From an uncultured Planctomycetota bacterium (GTDB lineage: Bacteria; Planctomycetota; Planctomycetia; Pirellulales; Lacipirellulaceae), in assembly GCA_963719315.1 (NCBI GenBank), contig CAVRBU010000011.1, positions 96,001 to 160,000 of the forward strand: a DNA stretch of 64,000 nucleotides. Direction: 5' to 3'. How positions within the stretch are numbered: the stretch's first letter is position 1; each line of letters starts with the position of its first letter. This document shows, piece by piece, positions 52,173 through 63,068 of this stretch. The position numbers were made by a program, and so were the translations under genes. Under the pieces are notes generated by a model, which had not been told where the DNA came from, ran no database searches, and saw only the letters and a list, made by a program, of their open reading frames with translations.

Positions 52173-52920
52173 GCGTAGTGCTCCGCTCAACTTGACTCAG
52201 AATTTCGAGAATTCTTTGAACGAATATTCTCCATCCGACCAATCCCAGGAATCGTATGCCCCATTCTATCGTTTCCGTTTCGAGCGTGTTCGTTGTCGGC
52301 AAGATTTTCGTGTATTTTTCCGCGCCTGCCTGAGTATTTGACGGTTCAAGCACACGAGCAAGTTCGATTTGGCGACGCTCACAAACGAGGACGCGACAAA
52401 AGTCGGGTCATTGACGTACTTGATAAAATCGAAACAACCGCTTGACACGAACCATTCCCATAGATGGCCAAAAATAAGTGTGGAACTCCGTATACGAGTG
52501 TGCTACGCTGCCTACCACGCTGTACCTCAGCCATCGCTCTTTGACAATCCAGCATAGCGACTTTTCCCAGGTAGTTCAGGCTGTGCCTGAAACGCGCGCA
52601 GCACCCTTGCCGCGGGTTGGAGCCTGCGCGCGCCCACCGACACGTCCAGGAGAAGTCTCACGCAGAGGCGCAGAATTCGCTGAGAGGCATGCCTTAGGAC
52701 AAACCTCTCCGCGTCCTCTGCACCTCTGCGTGAGACTCTTACGTCATCGACGACACGGCAGGAATCCATGCTGTGGTTTCAGCCCACGGCCGGGCTGGAT
52801 TCATCGGCGGCAAGAATAGACTCCCGGCCGCTCGCGCCTTTTTGCCCAAAGCTGGCCGAAGAGCCGGAACAGCGTAAAACGCCACGAAAATCGCCACATT
52901 TTCAAGGCTCGACCGCTCTG

Positions 52921-53025
52921 GCTAAGAGCTAACAGCTAAGAGCTAACAGCTAAGAGCTAACAGCTAACAGCTAAGAGCTAACAGCTAAGAGCTAACAGCT
53001 AAGAGCTAACAGCTAAGAGCTAACA
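52921..53025. repeat. Tandem heptamer GCTAA(G/C)A x15
   Basis: Mostly alternating GCTAAGA/GCTAACA units. Confidence 0.95.
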
Positions 53026-53705
53026 GCTTATTCCTGCCAGATTCCAGCTTCTTAGAGAGCAAACTCACCTAGTATTGCACGTCCCGCGCACGCTCAAACC
53101 ACTGAATTTCCAGCGGTTGGTGGCCTGAGCGCCGCGCAAAAAGGAGGAGTTTTGCACGCGAAAAAAATTTTCACGCGTCCGCTCAATCGTACTCCCTTGC
53201 CGCCCAACGAGTTACGACTTCCATTGCGCGAAGCACTCGCGCAAAACTCTCCGCGTGAGAAAGGAAAGGAAAGGAAAGCAGACAAACTGCATGCCAAGTT
53301 GGTTTCTCTCTGCATTCCTTGGCGTTCTTGGCGACCTTGGCCGTTCGTCCTTTCAGCTTGAGTACAAGTACCAAGCGACATAGACACCGCGTCGCAAAAC
53401 GCTTCTTGCTCGTCGTAAGGGGATTCTATCCGGCCGCTCAAGCCGCCACAAAGCGGATAATCGTTGCCACCGGTCGCACCGGTTCTCGAAATGCCCACTT
53501 CGTTGACCTGCCACAAGCCGTGACGTAGATATTTGGCGACAGAGCAGTGCTCGGGTTGTCGAGCGGCTATCGCCGTTGGGCGCCATTGCGAGCTCGTTAG
53601 CAACGGGTCCAACGACAACGCCCGCGGATCGGGTGGTAGCACATTGATTACATGCCAAGGCCGCCGCACGAGAAGTATATGCACCCAATCGCTCCCCAAC
53701 GTGCC

Positions 53706-55089
53706 ATGACCAAACCGCAACTTTTGCTCGTTGACGATGATCGACACGTGCTCGAGTCGATGTCCGACTGGCTGCGTGGCCAAGGTTACGAGTTGGATGC
53801 GTCGGGCGGGTACGTCGCCGCACTCGAGCAACTGCGCAAGAAATCGTTCGACCTGGTGCTGGCCGATGTTCGACTCCGCGACGGCGACGGCTTCGATTTG
53901 CTCGAACAATGCCGCCGCAATTGGCCGGCGTCGCAGGTCGTGCTGATGACCGGCTACGGTTCGCCCGATGGCGCGATCGAAGCGATTCGCGCCGGGGCAT
54001 TCGATTACATCACCAAGCCGCTCATCGACAATGAGCTGCTGATGACGATCGAGCGGGCGATTTCGCAGCGCGGCATCAAGCAAGAAAACGAAAATCTCCA
54101 CGCTCAACTCGATCGCCGGTACGGCATGGACAACATCGTGGGCCGCGACCCGCGGATGCTGAAAGTCTTCGAAATGATCGGCAGCGTGGCCGATACGCGA
54201 GCCACTGTGCTCGTGACCGGCGAAAGCGGCACCGGCAAGAGCATGATCGCTCGCGCCATCCATCGCCGCAGCGGACGCGCCAAGGGGCCGTTCGTCGAAG
54301 TTGCCTGCGGCGCACTCCCCGAAACGCTGCTGGAAAGCGAATTGTTCGGTCACGTCGCCGGCGCTTTCACGGGCGCGGTCGGCGAAAAGATGGGCAAGTT
54401 CCTCCAGGCCGACGGCGGCACGATCTTCCTCGACGAAATCGGCACCGCCAGCCCGGCCATGCAGGTGAAACTGCTGCGGGTATTGCAAGAATTGAAGTTC
54501 GAGCAAGTCGGCGGCACCAAGACGTTCGAACGTCGATGTCCGCATCGTATTGGCAACGAATGAAGACCTGACGCGGGCGGTGGCCGACGGCCGCTTCCGC
54601 CAAGACCTCTACTACCGCGTCAACGTCATCAATATCGAACTGCCACCGCTACGCTCTCGCGTGAGTGATATTTCGTCCCTGGCCCACAGCTTCCTCGAAG
54701 AAGTACGCGAAGACTCACGCCGTGAGGTGACCGGCTTCGCTGACGACGCGATGGCAACGATGGAGCGTTACAACTGGCCGGGCAACGTGCGTGAATTGCA
54801 GAATGTCGTCGAGCGGGCGGTGCTCTTGGGCAAAGGGCCGATCATCACCGTGGCAGACCTGCCGACCGAAGTTCGCGGCACGGGCGCGGTCTTCATGAGT
54901 TCGGCTGCCGGCCAGAAGACGCTGAAAGAAGCACTCGAAGGCCCGGAGCGACAAATCATTCGCGAAGTGCTCGAATCCAACGGGTGGAACCGCAACGCCA
55001 CGGCCGACCAACTCGGCATCAATCGCACGACGCTCTACAAGAAAATGAAGCGGCTCGGCCTGGAAGACGGCCGCGTCGGCGTGATGTAG
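53706..55089 (+). CDS. Sigma-54-dependent response regulator (NtrC family), frameshift near 54530
   Basis: Receiver domain, [37 protein letters not shown], Fis HTH. Confidence 0.93.
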
Positions 55090-55101
55090 CTTGTCCGCGC
55101 T

Positions 55102-56007
55102 CTAGGGCTTCGCCGGCGCAGGCGCTGCCGGCTTCGCGCTATCACCCGGCGTCGCAGCAGGGGCCGGTGCCGACTCCCCAGCACCAAAGGTGTGGTAAAC
55201 CTCACCCGGCAAGATGACCTTCGCATCAGGCGCCGCTTTTGGCTGTTCGGCGCTCGATGTTGCGGCAGGCGTCTCCGCTGGCTTCTTAACGGCGGGCTGC
55301 GACGAGCCACCCTCATTCAGCTTGTGGGCTACCTCCGCCAACGCCTTATCGACTTCCGGCAAGAAGTCGCGAGCGAAATGCAAGGCGGCGCTCTTCTCCG
55401 CCGTTTCAGACGGGTCGCGCATCTCGCTCGTGAAATATATTTTGTAGAGTGCTCTCACGTTGCCGAAGTGATACCGCGCATTTTGTGGCGCCTCCCACAC
55501 GACCTTTCCGTCATTCTCCGCGGATTCCGGATTGAACCAGCTCCAGAAAACGCGCCGCAGGCTGCGGCCGGTAAGCTCATCCTCTTTGTAAAAAGTATTC
55601 GTCCAGAAAGGCGTTTCCTGGCGACCGGTCATGACCAGCGGATACAAGCCGTTTTCTTTTGCGCGGGATGTAAAGCCGGAGGACGGGTAGCAAATGTCTG
55701 GTGTGTGAGCCGAAACATCACGCGCGTGTCCCACGATCAACCACAACTCGACCCGCTCCCCGGTTCGCGAATTGCGATAATCGCGCGATACGGCGCCGAT
55801 TGCACCTGCCGTCTTTTGCACGTTCGGATCCACTGGCTTATCCTCGCCGTGCCAATCGCCGATGGTCTTGGGCACTAAACTGAGAAGTTCGGCCCGCTGT
55901 TCGACGCTGAAGTTCGTGCCCGACAGTCGGTCGGTCATTCGAATCTGCACGGTCGTCAACCCGACGATTAGCAACACGCCTGCCAGGATCGGAAAAAAGC
56001 GAGTCAT
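55102..56007 (-). CDS. Exosortase-associated EpsI-family protein
   Basis: PKTIGDWHG, HTPDICYPSSG, VFWSW, LYKIY. Confidence 0.85.
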   Translation of the reverse strand: MTRFFPILAGVLLIVGLTTVQIRMTDRLSGTNFSVEQRAELLSLVPKTIGDWHGEDKPVDPNVQKTAGAIGAVSRDYRNSRTGERVELWLIVGHARDVSAHTPDICYPSSGFTSRAKENGLYPLVMTGRQETPFWTNTFYKEDELTGRSLRRVFWSWFNPESAENDGKVVWEAPQNARYHFGNVRALYKIYFTSEMRDPSETAEKSAALHFARDFLPEVDKALAEVAHKLNEGGSSQPAVKKPAETPAATSSAEQPKAAPDAKVILPGEVYHTFGAGESAPAPAATPGDSAKPAAPAPAKP

Positions 56008-56286
56008 CGAGTTGAAACCTCCGGCTGCTAGCCGGACGCATCGCGCCGCGTTCGCGCGCCCGGCAAGGCAAAGAATCAAGAGCGGTATGAGGCCTCAATA
56101 CGCCGGCAAACGACTCACGGTTCGCGAGAACGTGTGCGGTCGCTCGTCGGAGCCTCAGTCTCAATTCACAGTAGGCTCATGCCCGAAATGTGTCAAGCAA
56201 ACGACGGTTCGGTCGTCCAGGCGACCCGCATAAGCCCTACAGCCGAATTCCGAGATTGTGCTGCTCGGTGCACGGACTTCAGCGGT

Positions 56287-56976
56287 CTAGTTCGTCCAAT
56301 TGGCGAGCGCGCCTGGCAGACTGGGTGGCGGATCGTCGCTCGGAGGACCGCCCGTTGCCCGCACGGGTCGGCGTACCGGCGCCTCAGAGGGCTGAGAGGC
56401 TGCGCGGACCGGCGGAGCCTGATTGAGTGTGCGCGGCCCGAACGGCAGCGCAGGCGGAGGATCAAGGTCGCTCGTCGGACCTGTTGAATTCAACGACTTC
56501 GGGCCAGGCACTTGCGGCTCATACGGCGGCAAGCTGCGACGCGGACTACCAGGTTCCACCGGCTCGCCCGGCTGCATCAGCGGCCCGGCCGGTGGCTGCC
56601 CGCCGGGCGGCCTGTTTTCGGTGCCGCCGGGCTCAGCGTTCGTCGCTGGAGCTCGGAGCGGTTCTTCGCGGGGCGTCGTTGGCGGCGGAGCTTTGCGATC
56701 TTCTTCATTCGCTCCGGGCGGCTCGAATGTGTTCATTTCCCCTGGCTGTTGCGAAGTCGGCCCCATTTGTCCCGCGGGGATCGGCTCCATGCATTCCAGC
56801 GGCCAACGCCGCCAACGCGTTTCGTACCAACCGTAGGTGAGCGGATTCGGATAGCAACGCCCATCGGCGCAGCACGGCGGCGGCGTCGGGCGATCCAACG
56901 GCGGCGGCGACGCCAGCGAAACGCTACCCATACCGGCCAGTAACAGTCCTGTGGCCGTCAAGTTTCTAATCGTCAT
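56287..56976 (-). CDS. Secreted Pro-rich hypothetical protein
   Basis: Signal peptide; CCADGRCYPNPLTYGWYETRWRRWP; Pro-rich tail. Confidence 0.7.
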   Translation of the reverse strand: MTIRNLTATGLLLAGMGSVSLASPPPLDRPTPPPCCADGRCYPNPLTYGWYETRWRRWPLECMEPIPAGQMGPTSQQPGEMNTFEPPGANEEDRKAPPPTTPREEPLRAPATNAEPGGTENRPPGGQPPAGPLMQPGEPVEPGSPRRSLPPYEPQVPGPKSLNSTGPTSDLDPPPALPFGPRTLNQAPPVRAASQPSEAPVRRPVRATGGPPSDDPPPSLPGALANWTN

Positions 56977-57071
56977 GATTGTGTCCTCCCCGAATCCAAT
57001 TCTCCGCAACCAATTCCAAGGCTCCGAACCGAACAACTAACAACGGACATCTTGCAATGGACAATGCTTTG

Positions 57072-58127
57072 CTACAAAGAGCCTAAGCCGAAACGCCTGA
57101 TCTGATTGAGCGTCGCGGTACCCAGCGAGGTGAAGCCGAACATCCGCTCGAATGGCTGGGTGTATTTGAACACCAGTGCGTTGAACTTGATGAACGGATC
57201 CTCGGCGATGTACAGCCGATCGCGCGGCATCAGTTGATAATTCGTGGCAGTGGATCCACCGCGGCTGATTTCCTCCCAATTAACCGGCAGAATTTGTTCG
57301 CAGCCCACGCCATTCGGCGCCGGCCGGGCAATGAAAATCCGAGTGGACGAAAGCTGCGAAAGCCCGCCCAACTGGGCGATGGCGTCCAACACCGTTTCAT
57401 TTCCGGTAATTGGAAATTCAGCGACGTCGTCGCCGTTGCCCGCGCCTTGCGTAATGACATAGTACGTTTTGCTGTTGTAGGCGAACACATCCACCGCCAC
57501 TTGCGGCGATTCAAGATAGTTCGAAAGATGTTTCTCGATCACTTCGCGAGCCTGATCGAGCGTCAGCCCCGCCACGTAGACTGATCCGTAGGTAGACAAA
57601 TTGATGCGGCCATCTGGTCCCACCAAGTGTTCTCCAGAGATCTGCTGCGCCCCGCTGGAAGCGGCCAAAGATACCGATACCTGCGGATCTTGAATCAACT
57701 GAGCGAGGTGTCGGCGTATCTCGGCTTGGGCTTCGTCGGTCGTCAGGCCAACCACCTTCACGCGGCCATATGCCGGGCCCAAATCGACCGTACCTTCGGG
57801 ATCGATGAAGAACGCTTCCGCGATCGGTTGATCGGCGAATGCGTTCGCTACACGAATCAAGAGCGCATCGAAGGGCTCAAGTTTGTGCGGCGGCTTTGGC
57901 ACGATCTTCACCGCCTGAAGAAACAGGATGTCTGGCGGTTCGATCGTGTACGCCGGCAACGACACCATGTCCAGCTCACGCGGCACCTGGCTGTTCGGCG
58001 ATGGTTCCGGCGGAGTAATCGGATACGGTTCGCGCGGCTCCAGAAAGGCCGTGCATCCTCCGGTGGCCAGCACCATCGCGACCAGACACATTGCCCGAAT
58101 CGATTGAATTCGTGGGGAGAGGATCAT
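57072..58127 (-). CDS. Polysaccharide export lipoprotein (Wza-like)
   Basis: Lipobox-like GGC, YTIEPPDIL, duplicated export domain, ETVLDAIA..GG. Confidence 0.9.
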   Translation of the reverse strand: MILSPRIQSIRAMCLVAMVLATGGCTAFLEPREPYPITPPEPSPNSQVPRELDMVSLPAYTIEPPDILFLQAVKIVPKPPHKLEPFDALLIRVANAFADQPIAEAFFIDPEGTVDLGPAYGRVKVVGLTTDEAQAEIRRHLAQLIQDPQVSVSLAASSGAQQISGEHLVGPDGRINLSTYGSVYVAGLTLDQAREVIEKHLSNYLESPQVAVDVFAYNSKTYYVITQGAGNGDDVAEFPITGNETVLDAIAQLGGLSQLSSTRIFIARPAPNGVGCEQILPVNWEEISRGGSTATNYQLMPRDRLYIAEDPFIKFNALVFKYTQPFERMFGFTSLGTATLNQIRRFGLGSL

Positions 58128-59170
58128 GGCGTTTCTCGGACTCGCGTTGTTGGTTTCGATGCCGGGCTGCCACCAAGCTAGCAGCCAGGCAATGAACTCC
58201 TGCGCAACCGGAAATCCCGGCACGTTCTCTCTAATCGGAAAAGATCGCCAACAACTTTGGCCGAGGCCGCAAACAATCGCCATTTTCCCCAAACGGCGCC
58301 TGACCGCGAGAAAATGGGTATTTTTGTCAAGTTAGATAAATCTTCCTGCGAGATTCTGTTCGTTCTTCGTATGCTGGCAATTCTGCTGTGCTGAAATAGG
58401 TTTCGCCTGCCGGGCGGGGCCTGGAATCCGCTTTGCAACTTTGTGAATCCGCTCAGGTCCCTTCCGGCAGAAGGGACCTACCTAGAATCTGTGGGCACGA
58501 CCCCTGGACGTTCGTGGAAGGCAACGTCTGGAGGTGGGATTCCCCGGTTTTTGACCGTTAGCAACACGAACAATTATTTGAGTCGCTGCGTAAAGGCGCA
58601 AGCCCCCATCCAAATCCTTGAATTCCGAACAGCGTGCAGGACGGCTCAGGGGATTCAATCGCTATAATTGGCGCGATGAGGAGCACGGTAATTCCACATA
58701 GGCGAAATGCCGGCGATGCGGCAGTTTGTAGGGCCCAAACATAAAGCAGCTCACGAGTTGCGTTTCGATACGGGTGTTTGACAGATTTTTGCCAGCCGCG
58801 TATTCTCGATTCTTAGAGGCATCGGCTGCTCAGTTTGCGCGTGGTGGATAGAAAGACGGTTAGTACTGGTTCCGCGACAACTCGACGAGGCGCGGTTCCA
58901 TTACGGCGGCGGCTGCAGGATGCCCTGTTTTTCCAGGGCGGTGGCTCCGTACTTATCACCGGGTTCCGGCGCCGGCAGGCTGCCGACGGGACACCCCTCG
59001 CGGAATAGAGAATCCACTGGTTGCTTCTACCGAGTTGCCGTAGCAGGCGACTTTCGCTGCACTGTTCGCTTGCGACGACGTAATAATTCGATGATGGATG
59101 TCACCCCACAGGCCGCTTTCATCGGGCCGCACTAATAAACTCGCAGATCGAATTTGAGGTTCCTCACTCC

Positions 59171-60172
59171 ATGAGCCAAATTCAACCACCGTCAAAACCT
59201 CCCCTTCGTTCCACTCAACCGCTGCGTAGCACGGCGATGGCCGCTGCTGAACCTGCAAGTTTGACCGACCCCTCGCAGCTCACGCCGTTGTTGTTGCTCG
59301 GGGGCTTGGTGATTTTGCTGGTGGCTGCCTACTGGGACATGTTTTCGCTCATCAGCGCGGCTTGGAAAGAAGAACTTTATTCACACGGCTGGATTGTGCC
59401 GCTGTTTGCATTGGGGCTGTTGTGGCTCCGGTGGGAGCCTTTTGGGCCGGTACCTGCCCGCGAACGCTGGATTGGAGTCGCCCTATTGGGGGCCGGTTTG
59501 GCGACGCGGCTACTGGCTGCGGAATACACCATCAATCCGATCGATCGCCTGTCGTTTCTGCCGGCGATTTTCGGCGTCTTCATGATGGTCGGTGGCATGC
59601 AGGTCGTTCGCTGGGCTTGGCCGGCGCTGGCGTTTCTGATCTTCATGTTTCCACTGCCGACTGCTCTCGAAGTGAATGTCTTGAACCGGCTTCAGCGGAT
59701 GGCGACCATTTCCAGCACGTTCGTGCTGCAAACCCTGGGTGTCGCCGCCTTCCGCACCGGCAACTTGATCAGCATTCCAGGTTCCGATCAGCCCATGAAT
59801 GTGGCGGAGGGGTGCGCGGGCTTGCGGATGGCGACGATTTTCGGCGCGCTCGCGGTTGCCATGGTCTTCATTATCGAGCGGCCCTGGTGGGACAAACTCG
59901 TGATTCTGTTGAGCTCGATTCCGATCGCCATCTTTGTGAATATCGTCCGCATCACTGCCACGGGCTTGCTGTACACGATGGTTGGGCCGCAAAACCTGGC
60001 TGTGCACAAAATCATGCACGATTGGGCCGGGCTGTTGATCATGATGCCGCTCGCGATGGCCTTACTGTGGCTGGAGTTGCAAGTTCTGGAGCGACTTACG
60101 ATTCCCATCGAGTCAGTGCAATTGCGGCCGGTCGGCGGACCGCGTGGTTCCGCGCCTTTGCCGGTCCGCTGA
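59171..60172 (+). CDS. Exosortase
   Basis: YSHG, AEGCAGLR, NIVRI, HD: Cys-Arg-His triad; multi-pass TM. Confidence 0.92.
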   Translation: MSQIQPPSKPPLRSTQPLRSTAMAAAEPASLTDPSQLTPLLLLGGLVILLVAAYWDMFSLISAAWKEELYSHGWIVPLFALGLLWLRWEPFGPVPARERWIGVALLGAGLATRLLAAEYTINPIDRLSFLPAIFGVFMMVGGMQVVRWAWPALAFLIFMFPLPTALEVNVLNRLQRMATISSTFVLQTLGVAAFRTGNLISIPGSDQPMNVAEGCAGLRMATIFGALAVAMVFIIERPWWDKLVILLSSIPIAIFVNIVRITATGLLYTMVGPQNLAVHKIMHDWAGLLIMMPLAMALLWLELQVLERLTIPIESVQLRPVGGPRGSAPLPVR

Positions 60173-60312
60173 ATAACAGGTCAATACTGTGGAAAAATTG
60201 CGACAATTGTTGAAAAAACGCACCCTCGGCGGAACGGTTGTCCGTCTCAACTGTGTTTGTAAATCCTTGTTGTAAAACCCTTTAGGAGCATTCAAGCGGG
60301 CCCGAAACCGAT

Positions 60313-60327
60313 TGGCGTATAAGTTGC
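60313..60327 (+). promoter_or_regulatory. Putative sigma-54 promoter of the wzc-like gene
   Basis: TGGCGTATAAGTTGC. Confidence 0.55.
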
Positions 60328-60418
60328 GATTGCTAGCTTTACGCTTTTCTCGCGCTGGCTTCCTTTTCCTAGTCTCGGCACGGCGCCGGTATTCACCTGG
60401 ACCACTTGAGATCCTTCC

Positions 60419-62695
60419 ATGACGTATCACGAAGACTCTTCTCACACACCCGACGAACATCGCGCCCTCGTTGGTGATGCGCATTCTCCCGGCGACGCCC
60501 TCGTGGTTCAATCCAACGGAGCGCCCAGTCATCCACTGGCAATCCCCAGCGGACCAATGCCCGTCGGCCAGGACGTCCTCCGCGGCGGCATGGACGCCAA
60601 CACGTTCCTCCACGCACTCCGACGGCGCTGGATACTCGCGCTGTCCCTGGCCACTGTCGCGGCTAGCATCGCCGCGGCTGCACTTTGGGTATTGTTTCCC
60701 GAGTCGTCGTCTGCCACCGCGTTGTTCGAGGTATCGAACAAACAGGATACGATTTTCGACATTAGTCGGCAGAACGAACAGAATTTCGAAATCCTTAAGA
60801 AAACGCAGCTCGCCTTACTGAAAAGTAATTTCGTACTCACTGCTGCTATTCGACCTCCTAGCATCGCCAGCCTCAGCGCACTGGCTGGGCACGCGGATCC
60901 CGTGGAATGGTTGCAGGAAAACTTGGAAGTCGATTTTCCCCAAAACGGCGAAATTCTCCAAATCAGGCTTTCCGGGGACGAGCTACCCGATGAATTGGTG
61001 CAACTCGTCGATGCCGTGGCGAAGGCCTACAAAGAAGAAGTCGTGAACACGCTGCGGCAACGCCGCCTGGCGACCCGCGACTTGTTGGCCCAAAATCTCG
61101 AAACGCTCAACAAAGACATCCGCAACAAGTTGGATATCTTTCTCGAAATCGCCCACGAATCGGGCCAGGCACTGGGCAACACGCGCGATGCCGAAACGGA
61201 TCTCTTGCTCCGAGAAATCTCCGAAATTCAAAAGAAGAGAGACGACCTTACGACACAGCTCTTCCAAACACAGACCGACTTCATGATCATGAAGGGCGAA
61301 CTGGAAGATCCTGGCTTGATCGAGCAACAGGTCGACGAGTTTCTCGATAAAGATCCGCAGATGGCGATGATGAAACAGCAAGTTGCGTATCTGCAAATGA
61401 ATCGGTCACAAACCGAGAGTACCGCCAAGCATGCTGGCTCCAAAGCCGGCTCGATGACCGATCGCCAAATTGCACATCTCAATCAGCAAATTGAGCAGTA
61501 TCGCCAAGATTCAAAACTGCAGTTGATGCACGACATTCAAACCAAGCCGAATTACAACCTCTTGCAGCTCACCAAGCGCTACAGGATGCTGATCAACTCG
61601 TTGCAGGCCCAACTGGGCGCCGCCAACAAGACGCTGGAAACCAAAATGGCGACTTTGAAGACGCGGATCGAAAAGTCCGGGGACTTGGAAACCCGCCAAG
61701 AAGATTTGAAACAGTATCAGCAGATCGCCAATGATATGAGCGTCAAGCTCGAGAGCCTCGACTTCGACGCCAACGCGCCGGCCCAGATCAAGCAGGTGCA
61801 GCAAGCCGTTCCCACGAAGAATATCAACACTGCCCAGCACTATGCGATCGTAATCCTGGGTGGCCTGGGGGCCTTCGCTTTGACTTGCTTGGGCATCGCC
61901 TATTTGGAGTTCAGTAGTCGGCGTCTCAATGCGCCGCACGAAGTGGACGAAGGCCTCGGCATCCGCGTCGTCGGCACGCTCCCCGGCCTGTCGTCGCGGA
62001 AGGCCCTCGATCCGAATCATCCGGTCGTGGCCCAGCTTACCGAGTCGATCGATGGCGTGCGGACGATCCTCATGCACGACTCGACCTCCAAGCGCCGGCA
62101 AGTGGTGCTCGTGACCAGCGCCGCCACGAACGAAGGCCGCACGACCGTGGCCAGCCAACTGGCCGCCAGTTTGGCCCGCGCCGGCCGCCGCACGCTGCTG
62201 GTCGATGGCGACTTGCGACGCCCCGCCCTGCACGCGCTGTTCGATGCTCCGCTCGAAGACGGGCTGTGCGAAGTGCTTCGCGCCGAAGTCGATGTCTCCG
62301 ACGTGATTCGCCCGACCCACGCCGAAGGTCTGTGGTTGCTCACTGCCGGTTACTGCGACATCGATGCGATTCACGCCTTGGCCACCGAGCAAATGCAGCC
62401 AGTGTTCGATAAGCTTCGCGCTGAATACGATTTCATCATCATCGACGGCGCGCCCGTCCTGGGCATGTCCGACGCCCTGATCTTCGGTCAGTACAGCGAC
62501 GGCGCGATCCTTTCGGTCCGCCGCGACCAGAGCCAAATGCCGAAGATTCACCAGGCGGCCGAGTTGCTCCGAGGCGTCGGAATCCGCATTATCGGCGCGG
62601 TGGTCAACGGCGTTCAAGCCAAGGCCGACGACCGAATCGTCCAGATGCGCCTCATGGCGCCGAAAGCCGACCGCGAGCTCCAGCCAACGTCCTGA
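60419..62695 (+). CDS. Wzc-like polysaccharide co-polymerase/BY-kinase
   Basis: Two TM helices, coiled coil, VTSA...EGRTT, VDGDLRRP, IIDGAP. Confidence 0.9.
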   Translation: MTYHEDSSHTPDEHRALVGDAHSPGDALVVQSNGAPSHPLAIPSGPMPVGQDVLRGGMDANTFLHALRRRWILALSLATVAASIAAAALWVLFPESSSATALFEVSNKQDTIFDISRQNEQNFEILKKTQLALLKSNFVLTAAIRPPSIASLSALAGHADPVEWLQENLEVDFPQNGEILQIRLSGDELPDELVQLVDAVAKAYKEEVVNTLRQRRLATRDLLAQNLETLNKDIRNKLDIFLEIAHESGQALGNTRDAETDLLLREISEIQKKRDDLTTQLFQTQTDFMIMKGELEDPGLIEQQVDEFLDKDPQMAMMKQQVAYLQMNRSQTESTAKHAGSKAGSMTDRQIAHLNQQIEQYRQDSKLQLMHDIQTKPNYNLLQLTKRYRMLINSLQAQLGAANKTLETKMATLKTRIEKSGDLETRQEDLKQYQQIANDMSVKLESLDFDANAPAQIKQVQQAVPTKNINTAQHYAIVILGGLGAFALTCLGIAYLEFSSRRLNAPHEVDEGLGIRVVGTLPGLSSRKALDPNHPVVAQLTESIDGVRTILMHDSTSKRRQVVLVTSAATNEGRTTVASQLAASLARAGRRTLLVDGDLRRPALHALFDAPLEDGLCEVLRAEVDVSDVIRPTHAEGLWLLTAGYCDIDAIHALATEQMQPVFDKLRAEYDFIIIDGAPVLGMSDALIFGQYSDGAILSVRRDQSQMPKIHQAAELLRGVGIRIIGAVVNGVQAKADDRIVQMRLMAPKADRELQPTS

Positions 62696-62740
62696 CGGCT
62701 TCCAAAACTCGCTCGTCGTCACCCGAATCTGTCCGCCCAC

Positions 62741-62768
62741 AGCCCCCGGCTCCGCCGGGGGTTTTTTT
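62741..62768 (+). terminator. Intrinsic terminator / REP hairpin
   Basis: CCCCCGGC-TCC-GCCGGGGG followed by T7. Confidence 0.75.
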
Positions 62769-63068
62769 GCGCCGACCACAAATCGCCCCACAAAACCAAG
62801 CCACCAAGCCCAAATCCTCTTCCATCGCCAGCCAGGCGTGCTCGGCAAATTTTTTCTCGCCGGACACCCGACGGGTCGTTTTCAACCGCCATTTCATTCG
62901 CTATCATAGCGAGTTCCAGGCGGTCACCGCGGTCGGCTCGTTCGATCGAGGCTGGCCGCTTTTTTACGTTCGGTGAGCAAGTGAGTCGGTTGTTATAGAA
63001 ATCCGTTCCTTACTCCACCCACTCACCTGCTCACCTCTAACTCCCTCTGGCATTGGAGACATCGAAAC

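Noticed and set aside
52921..53025. Possible CRISPR array
   Set aside because: Pure 7-nt tandem repeat with no spacers and no cas genes.
53094..54545. 483-aa - strand ORF
   Set aside because: Antisense shadow of the sigma-54 regulator.
58700..59170. Possible riboswitch or ncRNA upstream of exosortase
   Set aside because: Long intergenic region, but no motif I can recognise.
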